Positions 46,782 through 58,448 of a stretch of DNA of 64,000 nt are shown in pieces; position 1 is the stretch's first letter, and each line of letters opens with the position of its first letter. The translations under genes and the position numbers were made by a program. The stretch spans positions 164,557 to 228,556 of the forward strand of contig NW_003314303.1 of NCBI RefSeq assembly GCF_000143415.4, written 5' to 3'. Source of the stretch: Selaginella moellendorffii (Eukaryota > Plantae > Lycopodiophyta). A model generated the notes under the pieces. It worked only from the letters and a program-made list of their open reading frames with translations, made no database searches and was not told where the DNA came from.

Positions 46782-48493
46782 TTAAGAACCGATAATGCTG
46801 GTAAGCTCATTTTCTGCTTCTGGCTCATGCTCTTCCTTGTCCTCTTGCAGCTCCTCGTTTACAAAATAGCCATTGCTCGACTTCTCGTACGTCACCTTGC
46901 TCAAGCCAGTGCTCATCTCGGTTTGAGCTTGGAACGAATTCACCACCCTGTCCCGGTCCTTGGGATACGACCAGTAGAGGAAGGTGTATGTCAAGCAACA
47001 AGTCGCCATGGGTATGGCATAGGCAGTGTAGAGGGCCTTTCCCAGAGACACGGCATCGCCACTGTTAGCCTCCACTGGATTCTTGGACGTAGGTGGCGGC
47101 GGCACGTATCCATACAAGTGCTCCGCGAGCAAGCCCACGATGGGAGGAGCAAACGAAGCGAGAACCGACTCGAAGGACCGATCCAATGCGTAGATCGTTG
47201 TCCGGGACTTCTCGGGGACGATCTCCGCAAAGATTGGACTGTTTGATCCTCGACAGAGTTAGCAGATGGAAGATCTTTGAAGAGCAAAACTGTGGAAGAG
47301 CTTTCAAGAGCAGGGGACTTACTTGTTGGTGGCTGGAGCATTCCACGACGTGCAAAATCCTAGCACGGCGAAGATGAGAGCGTGGAGCAGCAGCGAATTA
47401 GATCTCGGTGGCAAGCCGAGGAGTAGAATCGCCGTAAGTGGCACTCCAGAGCCGGAGCTAAACTGAGCGAGGATGATTCTCCCAGAGTCCGGGAGATGTT
47501 TAGAGATGGTGTCTCCCAAAGTTCCAGCGAAGAGGCCTCCCAGAGATCCGCAAGCCGTGAACAGGCCGAGAAGAAACGCTGTGTGCGTGTGGCTGAATCC
47601 TTTGAGCTCCAGCCAAAGTGGAGCAAACGCTAGCGATGCCCAAGGGAAGGTGCCAACAACACCCTGCGCTACCAAGAACTGGAAAGTTTTTACGTTGATC
47701 ACCATCTTTCCTTCTTGAAGCGCTTCTTTGAGGCCACTCCACACTCCGGCAAATCCCCGCTCCCTCTTCCTGGACAACAAAGATCTCCAAAACTTTAGCG
47801 ACCGACAAAGTCACGAGCTTACGCTTTGGCGGCAGGATCCACCGCGAAGATCAAGAGCAAGATCCCGAGAACCACGCTGATGGCCGTCACCAGCAAGAAC
47901 GAGAGCCTCCATCCCGAGATCCCGAGGAAGCTCGTCCCCGCCAAGATGATCGACAAGAACCCACCAAGTATCGTCCCCACGCTGCCCGTGAGCTGCAGCC
48001 ATCCAAACGCCTGGCCGCGCTTGGATTCGTCGCAAGCATCAGCTACGAGCGACTGGATCGCGGGGACGACCAGCGCCAGCCCGACTCCATTCAGAGCTCT
48101 CCACACTGCGATCTGCGCGAGATATCCAAGACCCACTAAGCGAAGCGATCGAGATCTAGAGCTAAGTACGATGGATCTACGACTTACTTGCGTGAAGGTT
48201 TGAGAGATCCCCACGAAGAACGTGGCAATTGACCACAGGAAAGCGCCGATGGCGATCACTTTGGAGCGATCGTAGTGGAGGCTGAAGTAAGCGGCGAAAG
48301 GGAAGCACAGCGCTTGGGTGATCGATCGGAGGAGCGTGAGCGACCCAAGTGCCGCTAGGCCCGTGTGGAGGCTCTCGCCTATCTCTTTGTACACACCTGG
48401 GAGGAGCGCCTCGTCCGCTTGCTCCATGACACTGGCGAGATTCACCAGGACGAGCGTTCGCACCCGCTCGTCGCTCCATGGCTTAGCCCTCAT
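46782..48493 (-). CDS. Major facilitator superfamily transporter (plant Spinster-like), multi-exon
   Basis: LVNLASVMEQADEALLPGVY, RALNGVGLALVVPAIQSLVAD, SWNAPATN and DRSFESVLASFAPPIVG. Confidence 0.88.
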
Positions 48494-49196
48494 TCCTCCT
48501 CCTCTCGCGGCCACTCCAAGGGAATTAGTTCAAAAGTTTAACAGCTGTGCTTGACTAGAGTTGACTAGTTAACATGACAACGCATATTCCAAGAGATTTT
48601 TATCGTGCAATTCTGTGGTGATCACGAGAGGATCTGAGGAGTCGAATCATCGTGATTTCTTATTAAGTGTTTGATATAGTTCGGAAACCTGGAGCTGAAC
48701 AGATCGAATCTCCTTAGAAGAAAAGTCACCGGCTAAAAGGAGCCCTAAAACCTGCTTGCTAATGGTGAAATATAATAAATCAAAATCAAGGTAAATAAGG
48801 AAACTAAGAATATATGGCTTAAGCCATATACATTTTTTAGGGTCTTGCAGCACACAATGCAATGGATAAACTTAGGTTTGGTATTTTTAAGCCCACTTTA
48901 GGTGACAAAGCATATTCTATTAAACCGGTCTAAGGGGAAAGAAAGTAGTCCTACTCAGCTAAAGTCAATCCTAGTCAACTCCAAGTTGGCAGTGATGTGG
49001 ACCAATCCATTACCGATAAGGCCACTTCAGATAGGGTAACGAGGCCCGGGCCAACCATGTCGTGCCACGTCTTCAGCTAGCGAGCAAAACCCCCTTCTTT
49101 CGTTTCGACCTAGTGTTCTTCGCAGACACACGTTCCCAGCACACGCTCGCGCTTTCTCTCACACGAGAGAGAAGATCAAAGCAAAGAAAGGAAGGA

Positions 49197-49784
49197 ATGG
49201 CGTCGGCGGCGGCTTCCGGGTGTGTGGGATTAGTGTCTGGAACAGCAACGACGAGCGCATCGTCGTCCAAATTCTTTGCCGGCCAATGCCGGGTCTCTCC
49301 AGCCGCGTCGTGGAATCGGAGAGTCCCCTCCTCCGCCGGATTGGTGGTGAGAGCTTGCGAGACCGCCGCCGCTCCACCAGCCACCGAGAAGAAGCCAGAG
49401 CCGGTTGGGCCTAAGCGTGGATCAATTGTAAGTGGATCCTTCTTCCAATTCTCGCTCGATTTGATCTTGGGTCTTGTTCTTCTTCCATCTTCTCATCGCG
49501 CACATTGCTAAATCCTTGGATGGATGCAGGTGAAGATCTTGCGGCCAGAGTCGTATTGGTTCCAGACCACGGGCAAGGTCGTGACAGTGGATCAGGTAAG
49601 CATTTCTACTACTTTTCGTTTCTCTTTCGATCGACTCGATCGATTGCCTGGATTTTCCTGATGGGTTCCTTGCAATCGCCAGACCCCCGGCGTGCTCTAC
49701 CCCGTTGTTGTTCGATTCGAGAAGGTGAATTACGCTGGAAACTCCACAAACAACTACGCGCTGGACGAGGTCCAAGAAGTTTAA
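49197..49784 (+). CDS. psaE: Photosystem I subunit IV, 3 exons (49197-49427, 49530-49595, 49683-49784)
   Basis: Transit peptide, then GPKRGSI|[11 protein letters not shown]...VVTVDQ|...[25 protein letters not shown]. Confidence 0.95.
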
Positions 49785-49905
49785 AAAGAAGCGCTCTCGT
49801 GTAAACCACATATATCTCTCGCCTTTATCTGTGAAAGAAAAAAAAGAGAAAAGATCCTTACAAGAACTGTACTTAAGGTCTAAAACGGGTAATTTTATAA
49901 GATGG

Positions 49906-49978
49906 GCTCCCGTGGCCTAATGGATAAGGCATTTGACTTCTAATCAAGGGATTGTGGGTTCGAGTCCCACCGGGAGTG
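49906..49978 (+). tRNA. tRNA-Arg(UCU)
   Basis: GCTCCCG/CGGGAGT acceptor stem, TTTGA-CTTCTAA-TCAAG anticodon arm, GTTCGAGTC T-loop, T-run terminator at ~49985. Confidence 0.93.
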
Positions 49979-52077
49979 TAACACTTTTTTTCAAAGCGCA
50001 CAAATTCGAATATACTTTTAGAACACTTTTGTTTTTATTTTCTTCTTTAAAGCTCCCTGAATATGCGAAGCTGGCATCTGTTCGAGAGTCTATTGATCTC
50101 ATTCGATCCTGCAAATCCCTCTCTCACGCCCAGCGCGTCCACAGCTACATTCTTGAAAGCAATGGCACCCAAAATTCCACCTTTGTCTCTAACTTGCTCA
50201 TCCAGATGTACGGCAAGTGTGGTGCCGTGCAGTCGGCACGGATCGTCTTTGATAGCATCGCCCACAAGGATGTTTTTTCCTGGAATCTTATGCTCGGCGC
50301 ATATACCCGGAATGGGGATCTGGACGCCGCAAAAGTGCTCTTTGACAACATGCCCGACAAAGATCATGTCTCCTCAAACACACTTATAGCGGCATTCTCC
50401 AAGTCCGGCAAGGTAGATCACGCGGCAGATTTGTTCGCGGCAATGCCCGATAAGAATGTCGTGTCTTGGAATTCGATACTGGCAGCATATGCCCAGAATG
50501 GGAATCTTGCGGCCGCCAAAAAAACGTTTGACTCCATGCCCGAAAAGGATCTTGTTTCCTGGAACACAATCGTGGCGGCGAGTGCTCAAGCCGGGAATCT
50601 AGAACTTGCAAAGGATTTCTTTGATCGGATGCCCCAGCATGATCTAGTCAGCTTCAATGCCATGCTCGATGCATTTGCCCGAAACGGGCATCTGGCAGAC
50701 GCTTACGCCCTTTTCCACGGGGAAATGCTCTCCCGCGAGAGGAATATCATCTCCTGGAACGCGATGCTGGCTGCAATGGACACTCTGGAGCGCGCAAAGG
50801 CGCTGTTCGATCGAATGCCTGCGCACGATTGCTTCTCCTGGAACTCGCTCCTTTCAGTGTATGGATCTTTGCGGCTTGTGGATGCTGCCATGGAAATCTT
50901 CGAGCTCTTGATGCCAGAGTGGAATCTCGTATCATGGAATTCTCTCTTATCAGCAATGGCAGATCGTCGAGAAGATCGTCTGGTTGCAAGCATCTTTGCG
51001 TCAATGCCCGAGAGGAACCTCATTTCCTGGACTGTGATGCTGGGATCTTGCTCGGATCTTCCACAGGCGAAAGAAATTTTTGATGCGATGCCCGAGAGGA
51101 ATCAAGTGTCCTGGAACACGATGCTCGAGGCATATGCCCAAAGAGGGAATCTGGAAGATGCCGAGAATCTCCTCTGTACGATCCCCGACACAGACGAGGT
51201 AACGTGGAGCATCATGTTGATGGCATATTCCGACCACGGCAAGCTCAACGAGGCCCTGACCGTGTTTGACCGAACCCCTCATTATGACGTTGTCCTGTTG
51301 ACCACCCTGGTGTCGGCATATGCCCGGCATGGGCATGTCCGCGAGTCGGAGATTCTGTTTGACTCGATGCCGGGGTGGACTCTCATCTCGTGGAACGCAA
51401 TGCTTGCCGCGTATCTCCACAACAGAGAGTTTGATCTCGTCGACTGGACCTTCTCGTCAATGCCGGTCACAGACGCTGCGTCGTGGTCAGCGCTCCTGGC
51501 CGCAGTTGCCGCGAGAGGGCAATTCGAGAGAGCCGAGTGTTTGCTCGAGACAATGCCCGAGAGGGGCATTGCCGCTTGGAACACAGTTCTAGCGATGAAC
51601 TCGATCAATCGGCGAGGATCCCAAGCGGCGGATATCTTCGCAAGGATGAAGCTGGAAGAGAATTATGGCATGAATGAGGTGACTCTCAATTGCGTGCTGC
51701 TGGGGTGTACTCACGCGGGCGATCTGGCTTCCGGGAGGAGGTACTTTCGATCAGCAGCGCTGGATCACGAAATCCCAGCCACCAAGCAACACTACTGCTG
51801 CTTGATCGATCTTCTCAGCCGAGCTGGGTATCTAATCGATGCCGAGGAGCTCTTGACTACCATGCCCTTTGTTCCAGAGGCCCAGGACTGGCTTTGCCTG
51901 CTCGGGGCTTGCCGGAGCCACAGAGAAATTGGAGTGGGATCTCGCGCAGCGCAGGAAGTGCTTGGATTCTCCATGGCGATGTTAAAAGCTGGGCCTTACA
52001 TCCTCCTCTCCAACATGTATGCTCTTGGCGAGCGCTTGGGTCTCCCATCAAAGCTCTTCCTTCTTCCAAGATTATAG
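49933..52077 (+). CDS. PLS-class PPR protein (E-domain end), intronless; start uncertain (PPR-like sequence from ~50085, first in-frame ATG at 50206)
   Basis: Same repeat architecture as 39300-41447; ends CTHAG...HYCCLIDLLSRAG...PYILLSNMY. Confidence 0.88.
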   Translation: MTSNQGIVGSSPTGSVTLFFKAHKFEYTFRTLLFLFSSLKLPEYAKLASVRESIDLIRSCKSLSHAQRVHSYILESNGTQNSTFVSNLLIQMYGKCGAVQSARIVFDSIAHKDVFSWNLMLGAYTRNGDLDAAKVLFDNMPDKDHVSSNTLIAAFSKSGKVDHAADLFAAMPDKNVVSWNSILAAYAQNGNLAAAKKTFDSMPEKDLVSWNTIVAASAQAGNLELAKDFFDRMPQHDLVSFNAMLDAFARNGHLADAYALFHGEMLSRERNIISWNAMLAAMDTLERAKALFDRMPAHDCFSWNSLLSVYGSLRLVDAAMEIFELLMPEWNLVSWNSLLSAMADRREDRLVASIFASMPERNLISWTVMLGSCSDLPQAKEIFDAMPERNQVSWNTMLEAYAQRGNLEDAENLLCTIPDTDEVTWSIMLMAYSDHGKLNEALTVFDRTPHYDVVLLTTLVSAYARHGHVRESEILFDSMPGWTLISWNAMLAAYLHNREFDLVDWTFSSMPVTDAASWSALLAAVAARGQFERAECLLETMPERGIAAWNTVLAMNSINRRGSQAADIFARMKLEENYGMNEVTLNCVLLGCTHAGDLASGRRYFRSAALDHEIPATKQHYCCLIDLLSRAGYLIDAEELLTTMPFVPEAQDWLCLLGACRSHREIGVGSRAAQEVLGFSMAMLKAGPYILLSNMYALGERLGLPSKLFLLPRL

Positions 52078-52147
52078 ATCTAGAGCCCTAAATATTTGAA
52101 CTTTCCCGCCATTTCGCGCCAAGGGTTTAGGGCATTTCTCATCCGGG

Positions 52148-55100
52148 ATGGGGGCAAAATCCAGGCTCCAGCAGCGGGACGCGCACGCCAAGGGTCGATC
52201 GATCATCGCTTGGGACAAGACAGGCAAGAATCTCGTCACTGCTGGTGTCGATGGCAAGGTTTTGATCCACACCTGGGATCCATCGGTGCCCTCGGCCGTG
52301 ATCGCCACTATCAAGGCACACAACGCGGCGGTCACTTGTGCAGCGCTCTCGCCGAATGGGACGGTCTTGGCGTCTGGATCGGTCGATCACTCGGTCAAGC
52401 TCTTCAGCTATCCAGGTTAGTCGGTGTTTTTTAAGTAACTTTTATTTGTGAGTGATGGATGATTTCTTTTGTTCTAGATGGGAAGTTTCAAAGCACAGTG
52501 ACGAGATTTACTCTGCCGATTCGGTGCCTGGGATTCAGTGCTACTGGCGGTCTTCTAGCCGCTGCTGGAGACGATGATGGGATCAAGCTTATAGCCATGG
52601 CGGACAATTCCATAGCTCGGATCTTGAGGGGTCATGGTTCTCCAGTTACGTGGGTGGCGTTTGATCCCAAGAACGAGTATCTAGCCTCGGCCGACAGCGA
52701 CGGGACTGTGATCTTCTGGCTCATCTCTTCCGGAAAGAGCTTGCACACTCTCACACAGATTGCTCCAAGGATCGACGTCGAGTTCTCCGAGAGTAGCAAC
52801 TGCGTTGCATGGAGCCCTGATGGAAATCTCCTCGCGCTTCCGGGTCGCAAGAGCGATGTTCTTCTCTTGGACAGGGACACGGCGGAAGAGATATGTAGCT
52901 TCAAGGGTGGTCATACGAGCCCGGTTAGCGCTTTGGCCTGGTCGCTCAATGGGAAGTACCTTGCTACTGCCGGGAGTGATCTTCAGGTGGTGCTTTGGGA
53001 CGTAGAGAAGCAGCAAGACATCGACGGGATGCTGTTTGAGACGCCACTTTGCTCCATCGCTTGGAAGCCAGTCGAGAATGCCTTAGCGGCGATCAACATG
53101 GAGGGGAAGTTTTCAGTGTGGGAGTCGGCAGTGCCTCCACACATGGTTTCCCCGACGATCTGTGTTAAGTCCAGCCTTGTGTCGGCGACAAACTTCGAGC
53201 AGCTCCACAAGTTTAGTGACGATGAGGGGTCGGAAGGCCATGGACAGTCCATAGACTTGGGAAGCCAAGACACTGCTGGTGGTAACGAGGATAATGACGA
53301 GAGCAACGGTGAAGAAGAGGAAGAGGAGGAGTTCGTTAGCTCGAAGAGACGTCGCGGTGGAAACTCTGCGTCTTTGGATGATGTCTACGATAAAAAGCCG
53401 GCAAAGAGGCCACAGGTAGAGACTGCGAGAGCCTCCTTCACGCTTAAAGTTCCGGCAATGCAAGGAGCATTTCACCCGGGATCCACGGACAAGGTTGAAG
53501 GGAAAAGATGGTTTCTTGCTTACAATCTCATTGGTAGCATAAGCAGCTGCGATAAAGACGGTTCTTGTCATGTGGAGGTAACTTAAGCTAGCTACTCGAT
53601 TCGAAGATACTCACGTTCTTTTGCTGCTTACAGGTCGAGTTTCATGATATTACTAAAGGAGTTCGCATTCCCGCTATGGCGGATTATTTTGGCTACACAA
53701 TGGCTTCTTTGGGAGAGAAAGCTTGCGTTCTTGCGAGTCCGCAAAATGGCGATAAGTGTCCGAGCACTCTGACATACAGGCCTTTCAATAGTTGGGCGAG
53801 CAACAGCGAGGTAGTATTCACGGTTGGCACAACAGTTTTCTTAATTTTATGCTGCAGTGGTCGATGAGATTTCCTGCAAATGAGGAGGTTAAGGCTGTTG
53901 CTGTTGGGAATGGCTGGGCTGCGGCAGCAACAAGCTCTCACTTCCTTCGTATTTATTCGGAAGGCGGTGTGCAGGTATATTTCTTGGGTTTTTAATACCA
54001 CTTATAACTTGCAATGTTCTGCAGAGCTTTATCCTTTCGCTGTCGGGGCCGGTAGTTTCAATGAACGGATACCAGCATCAACTCGTAGTTGTCACTCACT
54101 CTTCGAATCCATTATCCACGGATGATCAGGTGAGCTTATTATTTTTCCTCTTCGCTGTAAAGGTCATGCAAGTTTCTGTTTGTGTAGGCAATGGAGTTCG
54201 TGGTTCTGGATTTGCAACGACGGAGGAAAATCATGGATGGCCGTCTTCCACTTAGTCCTGGATCAAGATTAGCCTGGATTGGTTTTAGTGAAGGTGGCTC
54301 TCTTGGGTTTTATGATTCTCAGGTAATCGACGACGTTTTTTTTCGTCTTGTTGTCTTTAAAAGCTTTAAGCAGGGTGTCCTCCGACGGCATTTTCATGAG
54401 TTCGGTGGTTGCTGGGTTCCTATCTTTCGGTAATGTACAGTTGATCTAATGAAGTGGCTAATAAGATTTTCAGAGCCGAAAAGGAAAGGAAAAACTCAAG
54501 CGAAGTTTTTTGGATGGTTGGATTCGATGAGACACAAACTTTTGCAGTAATATGTAAGCTGCCGGAGACACAGCCCCTGGTAAAAATTCTTTGACCGTTT
54601 CGATGTTTTGATTTCAAATACTTTTTGCAGGTCTTTCCGAGGCCTATACTGAGCTTCTTCAAACACAGCTTGCCACTTGTCAATGCTGATCTTGGTGGCG
54701 ATGATCTCGAAAATGACTACCTTCGCCATTCTCTACTTTTATCTGAGGTGCATTTGTTTGTCTAAGAAGTTTGTGCGTCCATTTGATGTGCGGGTTGTGT
54801 AGGCACGAGCAAAAGCAGATCGAGCTGCTGCTGAGGGCCTCGACGCCGATCACGAGGATGATAACGTTTTACAGAAGGAAATAGAGCACGACAAATATGT
54901 TCTACGTCTCGTGGCAGCCGCATGCAAAGGTAGAATTTTCTCTTTACGTCAAGTTTCATCTCTGACACCAAGTCACTTAAAGGTGACAAGCTCGTGAGAG
55001 CAATGGAACTGGCAGCTTCTCTACGGCTCCGAAAGTCACTGGAAGGAGCAATCAAAGTTGTCAATGCCATGCGTCTACCGTCTCTCGCAGATCGACTCAA

Positions 55101-55636
55101 TGTCATGCTCGAGGTATGCCAGAAAATTGTCTTCAAGAATGGCCTTCTCACTTCTTATCCTTTTTCTGCAGCAACGAAATATGCAAAAGAGTCTGGAAGA
55201 CGACGTTTCAGAACCTGTGCGTGCACCAGATTCTTCCATCTGGGAGCGTACTCAAAGAGTGGAGGCTTTGGAGAAAGAGCCTGTTCAAAGAGTAGAAGCG
55301 CCCGGACCACCACCATCAGTTCTCCCCGTAGCGCAGCATCCAAAACCAGTGATCCAGAAAGAATCACCGGCGATCCCGAGGGAGCCGCCTCAGGCTCAGG
55401 CTCATCAACAAGACAGAGCAACTCTTTCCAATCAACCTGCGAAGGTGTCGCACGATCAGGCGCTAATCTCTGCTCAACGGAAGGCAAGCAATCCTTTTGC
55501 AAAATCACCGGCGCCCAATGGTGGAGCCTCCACGTCGAAGTCGTCGGTGCTGGACTCTCTCAAGCTGCTCCAGGGCGATAAGAAAAAAAAGGAAACAGAT
55601 GGCGAGAAGGGAAATAAAAGATCCCGCAAATCATGA
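52148..55636 (+). CDS. WDHD1: WD40/SepB replisome factor, WDHD1/AND-1/Ctf4 homologue, multi-exon
   Basis: N-terminal WD40 repeats (TRFTLPIR, AAAGDDDGIKLI), acidic linker, MQGAFHPGST...FLAYNLIG, YRPFNSWASNSE and C-terminal NPFAK. Confidence 0.88.
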
Positions 55637-56915
55637 ACACGGGCTGGAGAACGCAATCGTGATCCAGTGATCCCGTGGTGTCAACTACGTCCAAGTTCTC
55701 AACTTTTCATGGCTACCATCTGCCGCTGTGGATACCACTACCAATGACTCGCACTGGAACTCCTCTGCGATCTAAAGTTTAGAGTGCCGGGATCTCCAGT
55801 TCTTCTCTCGCTGACCGCGCAGTCCGCCACTGGTAGGCTAAATTGCTTGGAAACTGCGAAAACAAGAGCACCGAGCTAGCAACATGGAACAGATTTGCCT
55901 CAGGAAACTGGACACACTTCCAAAACCCAAAGTTGTTCTTTCATCGTCAACTTTATTTAAAATCCTTGCATGCAGGCGCCTGTTGCATGCTGGCAACTTG
56001 TGATGATTTCACGAATGATCCATGGTTTGTGTACGAAACCCAAAGCAACGAATGAACTGAATTCTACAGCCTGCCGCTGGAGAGAACTCCAAACAGGAAG
56101 GTTGGACTAACCATTTCATCTAGAATTTTTGTACTAGAGAATGGTCTGATCCTTGGTGGATTGCCCCCTTCTTTCTGCTAATATTCTTTGTATTCTGGCA
56201 AATCACTTGAGATAATCATACACTTCCCAACGAAGATAGCAATCATCTTCTGGTGAACATGAACTAGCGCCATAAACAAGAGTTGGAAATTGTTCAATAC
56301 TCTTTTTTAAGTTTACAAGGCAAGAGTATTTGAGAGCAAGCAGAATGGCCATGAATTTCTCCAATCCTGACAGTATTATTTCTTGAACTTGTCACTTTTA
56401 GCAATTGCATCAAAAGTTCTTGTTAGCTGCTCTCAAATTTATTGTATCTAAATCTTCCTAATAGTTCTGTGTTTAGACAAACACTTTGTGCATAGAGAGA
56501 AATAATAAGAGGAGAAACATAGTATACATATCTGAAGAAGTCTTGATTGCATTGATATTAATAATCCAGATATTTTGCATATTTTTATTCCAATGCTTGA
56601 ATTGTACTCATAGTTTGCTTTCCATATTCTATAGAATAACAATAATAAAGACAACTGAAAGACAAGAGAGACTTGAAGTTTGTATCCGTTCCTTAGCCCA
56701 TGCCTGTGCAGCATTCACAGCTGTGGGATCTCACTGCAAGCAGTCAAGTGTCAGGATCTATGCAGCCCCATGAGAGCCAAGCCAGCTGGAATTGAGGGAG
56801 CGAGCGGAGAAACCCTAGCCTCGGCCAGCATATAATAACTGTCGCATGCCCCACTTCTCTCAAGTAGATTATTATTATTATTTTAGAAAATAGAAGCAAG
56901 CAAAACTTCTCAGCT

Positions 56916-57302
56916 ATGTATAGTGCGATCATAGTGTTTCTGGTCTTATTATTTCTTTCCACGGCACTTACACAAATTCCCGTTTGTCCAGATCCGGAAT
57001 TAATAGGAGCAGTAAGATACAACAAGGAAAAGGCTCGATCAGGCAGCGTGTTTGATGCACAACTAACACAAACTTTTGATGCTATAGTGACAGATTCTGA
57101 AAGGAATCATACCGCGAGGATTGGAGAAATTCGTGGCTTTTCTTCCTGCTCTCAGTCGCCTGTATATCCTCGGTGCTCCCCATGCCTTGATACCTTAAGA
57201 CGTGATATCCAAATGATTGCTCCTCTTGCTTTGGGAGCTGCTTCATGTTCCACAACTGGTCAATGCTACCTTCGTTACGAAGTGTACGATTTTCTCAACT
57301 GA
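56916..57302 (+). CDS. Small secreted DUF26/ginkbilobin-2-like cysteine-rich protein
   Basis: Signal peptide; C-X8-C-X2-C (CSQSPVYPRCSPC) and terminal CYLRYE. Confidence 0.8.
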   Translation: MYSAIIVFLVLLFLSTALTQIPVCPDPELIGAVRYNKEKARSGSVFDAQLTQTFDAIVTDSERNHTARIGEIRGFSSCSQSPVYPRCSPCLDTLRRDIQMIAPLALGAASCSTTGQCYLRYEVYDFLN

Positions 57303-57674
57303 TTTGCAAGAAAATAAATAAAAATTCATTGACAGCAAATCCACAAAATAGTGACCACAAGCGTTTAGGAGGGAGCGAGCTGCCAGCCGTAACTCCGAAG
57401 GGCTATGGTTTGAATAATGTGCAATATTCTTGCGATGAGTGGTCGTTCCCTCTTCCTGCATAAGTAAACCACAAAGCTTTCCAATTATTTTTAAAAATGT
57501 GAGCATTCCAGGCGAGAGATGGAATCCTTTTGAGTGAGCAGGATTATGGGCCATTGTTTGAGAGTGATGGTTTGCGCACTATAAGGCTCCTAGCAGTGGT
57601 GAAAATCGAGGACACCAGAGTGGAGGCGGGTTCCCACCTAAACTGGGATCGTCTAGATGTTAACTAAATGTCTG

Positions 57675-58448
57675 CGTCTGGTTGCAAGCATCTTTGCATC
57701 AATGCCTGAGAGGAACCTCATCTCATCGACTGAAATGCTGGGATCTTGCTCGGATCTTCCACAGACGAAAGAAATCTTCAATACGATGCCCGAAAGGAAT
57801 CAAGTGTCCTTGAACACAATGCTCAAGGCATATAACCAGAGAAAAAATCTGGAAGATGCCGAGAATCTCCTTTGTACGACGTGGAGCAACATGGTGATGG
57901 CGTACTCCGACCATTTACGAGGTTCTTGCCGTGCTTGACCGGACCCCCATTATGAGGTTGTCGTGTTGACCGCCTTGGTGTCGGCATATGCCCGGCACAG
58001 GCATGGCCGCGAGTCGGAGATTCTGTTTGACTCCATGCCGGGGTGGACTCTCATCTCGTAAAACGCAATGCTTGCGACGTATCTCCACAACAGAGAGTTT
58101 GACCTTGTTGACTAGACCTTCTCGTCAATGCCGGTCAGAGACTCTGCGTCGTGGTCAGCGCTCCTCGCCGCAGTTGCGGGGAGAGGGCAATTTGGAAGAG
58201 CCGAGTGTTTGCACGACACAATGCCCAAGAGGGGCATTGCCGCTTGGAACACAGTTCTAGCAATGAACTCGATCAATCAGTGAGGATCCCAAGCGGCAGA
58301 GATGAAGCTGGAAGAGAATCATGGCATGAATGAGGTGACTATCAATTGCGTGTTGCTGGGGTCTACTCAAGCAGGCTATCTGGCTTCCAGGTGGAGCTTC
58401 AGCACTGGATTACGAGATCCCAGCACAAATCAGCATTACTGCTGCTTA
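57675..58448 (+). pseudogene. Partial duplicate of the PPR gene segment ~50977-51802
   Basis: Colinear with the source, with deletions and premature stops (e.g. TGG>TAA at ~58058, TGG>TAG at ~58112). Confidence 0.88.
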
